Source: an uncultured Nitrososphaerota archaeon (GTDB lineage: Archaea; Korarchaeota; Korarchaeia; Korarchaeales; Korarchaeaceae). From it: a DNA stretch of 32,000 bases. Every line of letters starts with the position of its first letter. Position 1 is the first letter of the stretch. Made by a program: the position numbers and the translations under genes. The DNA is taken from assembly GCA_964480775.1 (NCBI GenBank), contig CAYZRF010000017.1, positions 1-32,000 of the forward strand, read 5' to 3'. Under the pieces are notes generated by a model that worked only from the letters and a program-made list of their open reading frames with translations, ran no database searches and had not been told where the DNA came from. Below, one piece after another: positions 7,753 to 14,974 of the stretch.

Positions 7753-8985
7753 ATGGACTTTAGTTTCTCTGAGGAGGAGGAGCTTTTCAGAAGTAGCGTT
7801 AGAGAGTTCTGCGAGAAGTATATAGCCCCAAAATGGATAGAAATTGATGAAGCCAGGGAAGGAACCCCTGTAGATCTAATTAAAACAATGGGACAGCAAG
7901 GACTCTTTTGTATCCCGGTAAGCGAAGAATATGGAGGAATGGGTGGAACGCTCACTATGGCAGCCATAGCTGTAGATGAAATGGCCTACTACGATCCCTC
8001 AATAGCTATCCCAGTTTATACCCTTCTTGTCAACGGATGGCCCATGTTACTTGACCTTTATGGAAGTGAAGAAGCCAAATCAGAGATTTTACCAAAAGTA
8101 GCTGCTGGAGAAGCTTTCTTTGGAATTGCAACAACTGAACCCCAAGGAGGTTCAGATATCGCTGGTACAAGGGTAACTGCTAGAAAAGAAAATGGAAAAT
8201 GGATTTTTAATGGAGAAAAAGCCTATATCAGCGGGGTGAAGGAGACATTAGAACTTCCTTGGGGAGGAGGCTTTTTCTTGATCGCAAGAACTGGTCCAAA
8301 AGAAGCTGGACACAGAGTTCTCACAACTTTTGCGTTCTTGGTCAAGAAAGACGGAGAAATAGTCAAAGGATTTGAACCGACCTATTATGAAGATATTGGA
8401 AGAGCGGGCATCTCCTGCGGAGGCTTTATGCTCAACGACGTTGAAGTAGACGACAAGTATAGGCTTGGAGATGAGAACAAGGGATTTTACGTAAATATGG
8501 AAGGCTTTAACGTAGCAAGGATACTTGTAGCAGCAGCAGCCATAGGTTCTGCTAGATGGGCCCTTGATCAGGCCAAAGAATGGTTTAGAGTGAGAAAACT
8601 CTTTGGTAGGTATATTTCCAGCTTCCAAGGAGTCAACTTCAAGTTCGCAGAGCTTTATGCAAAGCTGGAAGCGGCTAGGCTCATAGTTTACAAGGCCGCT
8701 TGGCTCGCTGACCAGATATACATTTACAAGAACCCGGCTTACAGTCCCAGAGACCTTAACGTTCCCGTTGCTATGGCAAAGATGATGGGACCAGAGGCTG
8801 CTGCGGACATATATGAGGAGGTCATGAAGTGGCACGGAGCATACGGCTACACAAGGGAGTGCCCAATCTTCAGAGGTTGGTTAGGAACTTTCTCCTACGT
8901 GATAGGAGCAGAAGGAGCTCAAAACATCATGAGATACATAATAGCCCGTGATACAATAGGTGCAGAATACGTTAGACCAGGCTAG
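7753..8985 (+). CDS. acd: Acyl-CoA dehydrogenase
   Basis: 410 aa with the typical ACAD layout: N-terminal helical domain (EEEELFRSSVREFCEKYIAP), FGIATTEPQGGSDIAG FAD/substrate motif, GEKAYISG, middle beta domain, and C-terminal helical domain ending IGAEGAQNIMRYIIARD (catalytic Glu region). Confidence 0.9.
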   Translation: MDFSFSEEEELFRSSVREFCEKYIAPKWIEIDEAREGTPVDLIKTMGQQGLFCIPVSEEYGGMGGTLTMAAIAVDEMAYYDPSIAIPVYTLLVNGWPMLLDLYGSEEAKSEILPKVAAGEAFFGIATTEPQGGSDIAGTRVTARKENGKWIFNGEKAYISGVKETLELPWGGGFFLIARTGPKEAGHRVLTTFAFLVKKDGEIVKGFEPTYYEDIGRAGISCGGFMLNDVEVDDKYRLGDENKGFYVNMEGFNVARILVAAAAIGSARWALDQAKEWFRVRKLFGRYISSFQGVNFKFAELYAKLEAARLIVYKAAWLADQIYIYKNPAYSPRDLNVPVAMAKMMGPEAAADIYEEVMKWHGAYGYTRECPIFRGWLGTFSYVIGAEGAQNIMRYIIARDTIGAEYVRPG

Positions 8986-9040
8986 ATCCAAAAATAGATA
9001 GGGAAAAGCAGAGTTGAACACTCAACCAACTTTCTTACCC

Positions 9041-9064
9041 CTTTTCCCTTTTTTATGCCTTTTC
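9041..9064 (+). terminator. Candidate oligo-T archaeal terminator downstream of acd
   Basis: T4, T6 (9049..9054) and T4 runs lie about 55-80 nt after the TAG at 8983..8985. They are preceded by a weak 5-bp hairpin, gttga-acac-tcaac (9013..9026). Pattern only. Confidence 0.3.
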
Positions 9065-9251
9065 TACCTATCTTCTCTATATTTTCAATTCCTCCCTTTG
9101 TCTTATGAGCTTATATCAAATTTTAGAGATATTGCTTTGGAAAACATTTCTTTTGCCTAGGAATGCCCTCAAGCCTGCTCATTAACACTTCTATATCCTC
9201 AAAATATAGATAAAGAAAAGAGAAGAGGGAAAAGATGTGCCTGGTGCTAAC

Positions 9252-10220
9252 TCATCCTTCTTTCTCAGAGACCTCTTTCAGCGCCTTCATCAGTTCTGGA
9301 ATAACTTCATAGAGATCTCCTACAATGCCGTAATCTGCGGACTTGAAGATCGGGGCCTCTGGATCTTTGTTTATCGCTACTATTACCTTTGAGTCCTTTA
9401 TGCCTGCAACGTGTTGTATTGCTCCGGAAACCCCTACTCCTATGTAAAGCTTTGGTTTTATTGCTACTCCTGAGAGGCCAATCCATTCTGTGTACCATCC
9501 CAGGTCAGCTGCAATTGGTCTTGTGCATCCTACACATCCTCCAAGCATTTCAGCCAGTTGCTCCAGCATCCGAAAGTCCTCTTTCTTCTTTATACCTCTT
9601 CCTCCAAGCACAACGACCTCTGCTTCCTCTACCCTAACAGCTTTGATTTCTTTCGGTTTGAATTCAATGAGTTTTAGGCTTGGCTCTGGCAACTCCAAGC
9701 CGAGTTCGACAATTTCCCCTTTACCTCCAGAGGGGGCCTTTTCATACCTCCCTGGCTTCAGCAAAACTACCGCTGGTGTGCTCTTACATCTCTCTGTAGC
9801 GACCGCCATTCCAGCGTAAGCTGCACGTTTCGCTACGACGCTCCCATCGTCACCAATGTCAACTTCCGTGCATTCCGACATACAGCCTGCATTGAGCCTA
9901 GCTGCTAACCTTCCAGCCAGCTCCTTGCCTCTCTTAGTTGCGCCAATTAGCAGCACCTTTGGTTTTTCCTGCTTGGCAATGGTCTCGATGGCAGCAGCAT
10001 AGGACACAGGATCGAATCTCTCTAAGGAAGCATGATCTATAAGATAGACTTTATTTGGTCCGTGTTCAGACAGCTCTTCAGCCATATCCTTTACTCCATG
10101 TCCCAAGATGACTGAAGCTAAAGGAACATTCAGCTTCTCTGATAATCCTTTTCCAGCCGTTAAGAGCTCGAGACTAACGTTTTTATTCTCTGAATAAACC
10201 CAAACCTCGTTTTCAGCCAC
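9252..10220 (-). CDS. etfA: Electron transfer flavoprotein, alpha (large) subunit
   Basis: 322 aa. The C-terminal FAD domain has [64 protein letters not shown], the classic ETF-alpha signature. It overlaps etfB by 8 nt. Confidence 0.9.
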   Translation of the reverse strand: MAENEVWVYSENKNVSLELLTAGKGLSEKLNVPLASVILGHGVKDMAEELSEHGPNKVYLIDHASLERFDPVSYAAAIETIAKQEKPKVLLIGATKRGKELAGRLAARLNAGCMSECTEVDIGDDGSVVAKRAAYAGMAVATERCKSTPAVVLLKPGRYEKAPSGGKGEIVELGLELPEPSLKLIEFKPKEIKAVRVEEAEVVVLGGRGIKKKEDFRMLEQLAEMLGGCVGCTRPIAADLGWYTEWIGLSGVAIKPKLYIGVGVSGAIQHVAGIKDSKVIVAINKDPEAPIFKSADYGIVGDLYEVIPELMKALKEVSEKEG

Positions 10221-11010
10221 CTAGAACTCCCTCCCTAATCAAAGCTTCAACGAGCTTTTTCACCGCTTCGCTTGCTGGCATTTCCTCAAATATGACTCCC
10301 TTTCTCTTTATCTCGGGAGCTTTAGCATCTAAAATTTGCACTGCTGAGCCATTTTGGCCAAGTAATTCGCTGGGTATACCGAGTTCAGATGCATTCAGCA
10401 TTTTCATGGGCTTTTTAGAGGCTCTCATTATTGCCGGTAGGGGTGGAATTCTTGGATCGTTTATCTCTCTCGTTACTGTGAGTAGGGCAGGCAATTTGAC
10501 CTCCACAACCTCATATCCGTCCTCTAGGTCTCTTTCGACTACTATTGAATCGTCTTTGACCTCTATGATTCTCTTTACGTAAGCTACTTGGGGAATTCCT
10601 AGCAATCCAGCTAACCTAGGGCCTACTAAAGAGGAGTAACCATCACTCGTAGCTTCTCCGCATATTATCAGGTCGAATCCTTCCAGCTTTTCAATGGCCG
10701 TTTTTAGAACGAGGGACGTTACAAGAGTATCTATGTCATTGAACAAGGGATCGACGAGCAAATAAGCTTCGTCTGCACCCATTGCAAGAGCTTCTCTGAG
10801 TCCCATCTTTGCGCTTTCTGGACCAACTGTTAAGACCGTTACATGCCCACCGTGCTTTTCCTTGAGTCTAATAGCTTCTTCTATTGCCCTTTTATCGACA
10901 TCGCTGAGTTTCATCTTTGCTCCGGCCAATATTGGCTCTCCAGTTGACGAATCAAACCTAAGCTCGCTCACATCAACAGCATACTTAGCACAGGTGATTA
11001 CTCTCAACAC
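10213..11010 (-). CDS. etfB: Electron transfer flavoprotein, beta (small) subunit
   Basis: 265 aa with a GTG start. The ETF-beta layout is present: VITCAKYAVD, LSDVDKRAIEEAIRLKE, DLIICGEATSDGYSSLVGPRLAGLLGIPQV, LPALLTV. It lies directly upstream of, and overlaps, etfA. Confidence 0.9.
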   Translation of the reverse strand: MLRVITCAKYAVDVSELRFDSSTGEPILAGAKMKLSDVDKRAIEEAIRLKEKHGGHVTVLTVGPESAKMGLREALAMGADEAYLLVDPLFNDIDTLVTSLVLKTAIEKLEGFDLIICGEATSDGYSSLVGPRLAGLLGIPQVAYVKRIIEVKDDSIVVERDLEDGYEVVEVKLPALLTVTREINDPRIPPLPAIMRASKKPMKMLNASELGIPSELLGQNGSAVQILDAKAPEIKRKGVIFEEMPASEAVKKLVEALIREGVLGG

Positions 11011-11338
11011 ACTCTTGATCTCCGATTGTTTAGTTATAAGTAATTATGTCGGCAGGTTCGACTGGGCCAGATGGAGAGATTTCTATTATTAAAATAGTGA
11101 GATTATTGGAAGTGACAGGTAATTAAGATGTTCTCAGATTTCTGGCTAACTTGTTGGTTACCATGGTTCCAGTAGCTTCGGCCCCAAGATCGGAATTTTC
11201 ATCGTTTTCAAATTGTAATTTCACTATGTGGTGCAGCTGTAGATTTCTGTACCCCTTTCTTATAGCTATAAGAATAAGCTAACAAATTAATAATCTAAGA
11301 AAAGAGAATTTTATCCAAAAATTTCTAATTTCTCATAG

Positions 11339-12649
11339 TTAGGATTCAGGGACTCCCATCTTTTCTTTTAGATAAATCAAAGTGCTTGTGGCAGCGGCTC
11401 TGGCATGAGAAATGCTACTCATAATATCCATTGGACCGGTGCAGCATCCTGACAGAAATACACCATCGATTTGTGTCTCATTAACTGATCGTAGAGGATC
11501 TAAAACCTTAAAGAAAGTATCTCCATTTATTTGAACGCCCAGCTGGTTTCCAACATTCCTAGCATGGCTTGAACCAGTTACTCCAGGAATCAAGATGACG
11601 AGGTCGACATTTAACTCCTCTAACTTCCATGTTCCTGCGTCAAAGATCCTTAAGGTTAACTTTCCCTCTTTATCTCTTATCTCAGAAGGAATTCCGTGGA
11701 GCATAACGATGCCACTGTCTCTAGCGGTCTGATAAAATTCCTCGTGCATTCTTCCAGAAGCTCTTATGTCGTTGTAACAGACGTATACCTCTACCTCTTC
11801 CCTATATAACTGCTTTATCTCGTATGCTTGTTTTAGTGCTGTCATGCATCCTATCCTGCAGCAGTGCTTTAGAAATCGTCTGTCTCTTGAACCAGCACAT
11901 AAGACAAAGGCAACTGATTTGGGTCTCTTCCCATCAGATGGTCTTACCACCTCTCCTTTAGTTGGCCCTCCTGGATCTAGCATCCTTTCTAATTCCAAGC
12001 TCGTAATTATGTTCTTATATCGGCCATATCCCAGCTCCTTTACCCTTGAAATGTCAAATAACTCCATCCCAGTGGCTAAAATCAAAGCCTTAACTTGGAT
12101 TTTTGTTTCTTCTGGTCTTTCATCTAAGTTTATTGCATCATTTGGGCAGGCCTCGACGCAAGCATAACATTCCTCTCCTTTGAAATGAAGACATGCTCTT
12201 TCATCTATTGCAAATCCCTCCGGAAAGGGCCTCACAGAAGGATAATCTATAGCCTTCCTTTTTCCTATACCGAGTTCATATTCTCTATTGTACTCGACTG
12301 GGCATACTTCAGAACACTTCCCGCATGAGATGCACTTGTTTATGTCCACATGCCTAGGCTTCTTAATGATTTGAAGTTCAAAACCCTCTTCAGTCTTCTT
12401 TATAGCTTTAATTTCAACATTTGTCATTATCTGAATATTCTCTAAGTTTCTTAGCTCCTTGAACATCCCATCTAGTATGCTTGATGTTGGATCAAGCGTC
12501 GGGAACACTTTGCTTAAAAGCGAAACATTTCCTCCTAAGCTGAAGTTTCTCTCAAGCAGGTAAACTCTCACACCTTGTTTTGAGAGGCATAGGGAAGACT
12601 CAATGCCAGCTACTCCTCCTCCCACAACTGCTACCGGTCCTATAACCAT
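11339..12649 (-). CDS. hdrA: Short HdrA-like FAD/iron-sulfur protein (thioredoxin-reductase fold with an inserted 2x[4Fe-4S] ferredoxin domain)
   Basis: 436 aa. It has dinucleotide fold VAVVGGGVAGIESSL, inserted ferredoxin motifs CISCGKCSEVCP and CYACVEACP, HdrA-type VLCAGSRD...HCCRIGCM cluster motif, and C-terminal GVFLSGCCTGPMDI. The N-terminal FeS domain and C-terminal ferredoxin domain of ~650-aa methanogen HdrA are absent. Confidence 0.85.
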   Translation of the reverse strand: MVIGPVAVVGGGVAGIESSLCLSKQGVRVYLLERNFSLGGNVSLLSKVFPTLDPTSSILDGMFKELRNLENIQIMTNVEIKAIKKTEEGFELQIIKKPRHVDINKCISCGKCSEVCPVEYNREYELGIGKRKAIDYPSVRPFPEGFAIDERACLHFKGEECYACVEACPNDAINLDERPEETKIQVKALILATGMELFDISRVKELGYGRYKNIITSLELERMLDPGGPTKGEVVRPSDGKRPKSVAFVLCAGSRDRRFLKHCCRIGCMTALKQAYEIKQLYREEVEVYVCYNDIRASGRMHEEFYQTARDSGIVMLHGIPSEIRDKEGKLTLRIFDAGTWKLEELNVDLVILIPGVTGSSHARNVGNQLGVQINGDTFFKVLDPLRSVNETQIDGVFLSGCCTGPMDIMSSISHARAAATSTLIYLKEKMGVPES

Positions 12650-12753
12650 ATCTATCGGCCTCTACTCATTGTGTATTATTGCTTGGTTACTCATCACTGA
12701 CACTGGATCTTTTTATGGTTAATCCTTAATCTTTTGAGGGCAGGAGGGGACAG
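12650..12753. promoter_or_regulatory. Divergent hdrA / hdrCB promoter region
   Basis: This 104-nt spacer separates divergent starts. On the plus strand, AT-rich ctttttatgg (12708..12717) and SD-like GGAGGGG sit 5 nt before the hdrC ATG at 12754. On the minus strand, aataatac (plus coordinates 12672..12679) lies 23-30 nt upstream of the hdrA ATG. Pattern only. Confidence 0.3.
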
Positions 12754-13287
12754 ATGGCAAGCGGTATGTCTAGCAGCCTATTGGATCTGATGACTCTAAA
12801 AAGAGCAGACTGGAGTATTCTGAAGGAAATAGCTAAGAAAATTGGAGAACAAAACCCAAAGAGTTGCTTTGAATGTACGAAATGCACCAGCGGTTGTCCA
12901 GCAGCAGAATTCTTGGAGATGTATCCCCACAACATAGTGTGTGCCGTCAGGGAAGGACTAGCAGAGGAGATTATCAACTCTGATGTGATCTGGAGGTGTG
13001 CTCTCTGTCTTAAATGCAAGGAAAGGTGTCCTCAAGAAGTAGCGCCTTCGGATCTCATAATAGCTCTAAGAAATATCGCCACGGACCGGGGAGTTGGCGT
13101 TCCCGAAGACCTAAACTCCGTTCTCAACTCGATCATGGAAATTGGATACATTCATCCCCCTATGAAGGCCTTCTCGAGAAGGCTAAGGAAAACTTACACG
13201 CGGGAAGATCTTGGCCTGAAAGTTCTGAAGGGACCTAAGGATATGGATGCTTTCAGGGAGGCTCTGATGGCTGCCTTCGAAGAGTAA
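12754..13287 (+). CDS. hdrC: Heterodisulfide reductase subunit C-like (2x[4Fe-4S])
   Basis: 177 aa with CFECTKCTSGCP and CALCLKCKERCP. It is coupled to hdrB through a TAATG stop/start overlap at 13285..13289. Confidence 0.85.
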   Translation: MASGMSSSLLDLMTLKRADWSILKEIAKKIGEQNPKSCFECTKCTSGCPAAEFLEMYPHNIVCAVREGLAEEIINSDVIWRCALCLKCKERCPQEVAPSDLIIALRNIATDRGVGVPEDLNSVLNSIMEIGYIHPPMKAFSRRLRKTYTREDLGLKVLKGPKDMDAFREALMAAFEE

Positions 13288-14183
13288 TGGGAGGGTTTCG
13301 ATTGGGAAGCGATGGTCCGAGATATGCTCTCTATCTGGGATGTATGATAGCGAATGAGGAGTATGCATATGAGATGTCCACTAGAGAAATCATGAGGGAG
13401 CTTGGCGTTGAATTAGTAGATCTAGAAGGAGAAAGCTGTTGTGGTAGTCCAATCCGCAGCTTGAACACAAGATTATGGCTATACCTTGCAGCCAGAAACC
13501 TTTCTCTTGCCGAAAGAACGGGATTAGATGTTCTTTGTCTCTGTAGTGGGTGCTTCGAATCCCTGCTCGAAGCAAAAAATTTCCTAGAGAACAGCGAAAG
13601 TCTAAAGAAGTGGGTTAACGAGGCGTTATCTCTTGAAGGGCTTGAGTATACAGGCAGGTGTAAGGTGAAGCATCTTGTCCAGGTTTTGCATGACGACTTG
13701 GGCGTTGAAAGACTGAGAGAGCACGTAAAAAATGAGCTTAAAGGTCTAAAATTAGCATCTCATCCAGGGTGTCATCTGCTTAGGCCAAGCAAGGTGCTTA
13801 GAGCAGATGATCCAGAGGATCCGAGGAAACTGGATGAACTTATCGAAGCAAGCGGCGCTGAGGCTATCGACTATCCAGAAAAACTAGATTGTTGCGGAGC
13901 AGGACTGCTTCTAATGAAACCAGAGGGGACTATGAGCTTTGCTGGGACTAAACTAAAGGCTTTGGCAGCCAGAGAAGTGGATGGTTTGGTAACGGTGTGT
14001 CCTGCTTGTCATGTCGTGTTCGATAAAAGACAGGGGGCCATAAGCAGACAGGTGGGCGTCGATAAGAGGATTCCAATAATTTACTACCCACAGCTACTGG
14101 GACTGGCCTTTGGTATAGAGTCTGAGAGGTTGGGAATCCATCTGAATAGCAGCCCTGTGGAGGAAATCCTATCCAAGATATAG
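13287..14183 (+). CDS. hdrB: Heterodisulfide reductase subunit B-like (two CCG domains)
   Basis: 298 aa: LGC...ESCCGSP...CSGC and HPGCH...LDCCGAGLL...VCPACH, the duplicated CCG cysteine pattern of HdrB. Confidence 0.9.
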   Translation: MGGFRLGSDGPRYALYLGCMIANEEYAYEMSTREIMRELGVELVDLEGESCCGSPIRSLNTRLWLYLAARNLSLAERTGLDVLCLCSGCFESLLEAKNFLENSESLKKWVNEALSLEGLEYTGRCKVKHLVQVLHDDLGVERLREHVKNELKGLKLASHPGCHLLRPSKVLRADDPEDPRKLDELIEASGAEAIDYPEKLDCCGAGLLLMKPEGTMSFAGTKLKALAAREVDGLVTVCPACHVVFDKRQGAISRQVGVDKRIPIIYYPQLLGLAFGIESERLGIHLNSSPVEEILSKI

Positions 14184-14185
14184 AT

Positions 14186-14974
14186 TCATTTCCCCTTGAA
14201 CTCAGGCTTTCTCTTTGAAAGAAAAGCCTGTAGTCCCTCTTTTGCATCTTCGGTTGAAAAAACAGCGCTAAAAGCGTGCTTCTCTAGTTCTAACCCTACA
14301 TCAATGGGAACCTGAGAACCGAAGATCAAGACTCGTTTTATAAGACTTTGAGCTATTGTAGGTCCTTCAGCGATTCTTTCTGCTAGAGACATGACCTCCT
14401 CTCTAAGCTTCTCCTGAGGAACAACTTTGTGGACAAGTCCCATGTCCAAGGCTTCTGAAGCAGAGATTCTATCTCCAAACATCAAAAATTCCATTGCTCT
14501 GGACAAACCTATGATCCTAGCCAGCCTTTGAGTGGCTCCCCATCCAGGAATAATCCCCAATTTAACTTCGGGGTTTCCTAGTTGAGCATTTTCGACCGAT
14601 ATTCTGAAATCACAGGCCAAGGTGAGTTCAAATCCACCACCTAGAGCATAGCCGTTTATAGCTGCTATTACAGGAACACGAAGACTTTCAATTTTCTTCA
14701 TCAATCTCTGCCCTATCTCGGATAGCTCCAGAGCCCCCTGAGAATCTAGCTTAGATAACAATCCTAAGTCAGCACCAGCGCAAAAGGCCTTTTCTCCCTC
14801 GCCGGTTATTACAACACATTTTACTTCCTTATCTTCTTCTACCTTGTCCATGACATCTGAGAGCTCCTTTAACATCTTCATGTTGAAGACGTTCAGCTTA
14901 TCTGGTCTGTTAAGATAAACCCAGAGAACCCCCTTCTCCTTCTCCACCCTTAACGTCTCATAATTAGTATACAT
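14186..14974 (-). CDS. Enoyl-CoA hydratase (crotonase family)
   Basis: GVLWVYLNRPDKLN, AFCAGADL, INGYALGGGFELTLACDFR and FLSKRKPEFKG are crotonase signatures. I chose the ATG at 14974 (MYTNYETLRVEKEKG) over the longest-ORF ATG at 15019. It overlaps the upstream gene's stop by 11 nt. Confidence 0.85.
   Translation of the reverse strand: MYTNYETLRVEKEKGVLWVYLNRPDKLNVFNMKMLKELSDVMDKVEEDKEVKCVVITGEGEKAFCAGADLGLLSKLDSQGALELSEIGQRLMKKIESLRVPVIAAINGYALGGGFELTLACDFRISVENAQLGNPEVKLGIIPGWGATQRLARIIGLSRAMEFLMFGDRISASEALDMGLVHKVVPQEKLREEVMSLAERIAEGPTIAQSLIKRVLIFGSQVPIDVGLELEKHAFSAVFSTEDAKEGLQAFLSKRKPEFKGK

Noticed and set aside
8248-8835. 195-aa minus-strand ORF inside the acyl-CoA dehydrogenase gene
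   Set aside because: It is antisense to a well-supported ACAD frame, has no motifs and has an unusual composition. I treat it as a shadow ORF.
9389-9819. Two plus-strand ORFs (82 and 109 aa) and one minus-strand alternative-frame ORF (9307..9498) within etfA
   Set aside because: They overlap the ETF-alpha frame, which carries the classic FAD-domain signature. Their translations are Leu/Ser/Pro-rich shadow products.
11055-11063. ggttcgact resembling a tRNA T-loop (GTTCRANYC) in the etfB-hdrA spacer
   Set aside because: The flanking bases do not form the 5-bp T-stem (ggcag vs tgggc do not pair). I could not build an acceptor or anticodon stem around it.
10862-11092. 76-aa plus-strand ORF running out of etfB into the spacer
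   Set aside because: About two thirds of it is antisense to the etfB N-terminus, and the rest has no recognisable features.
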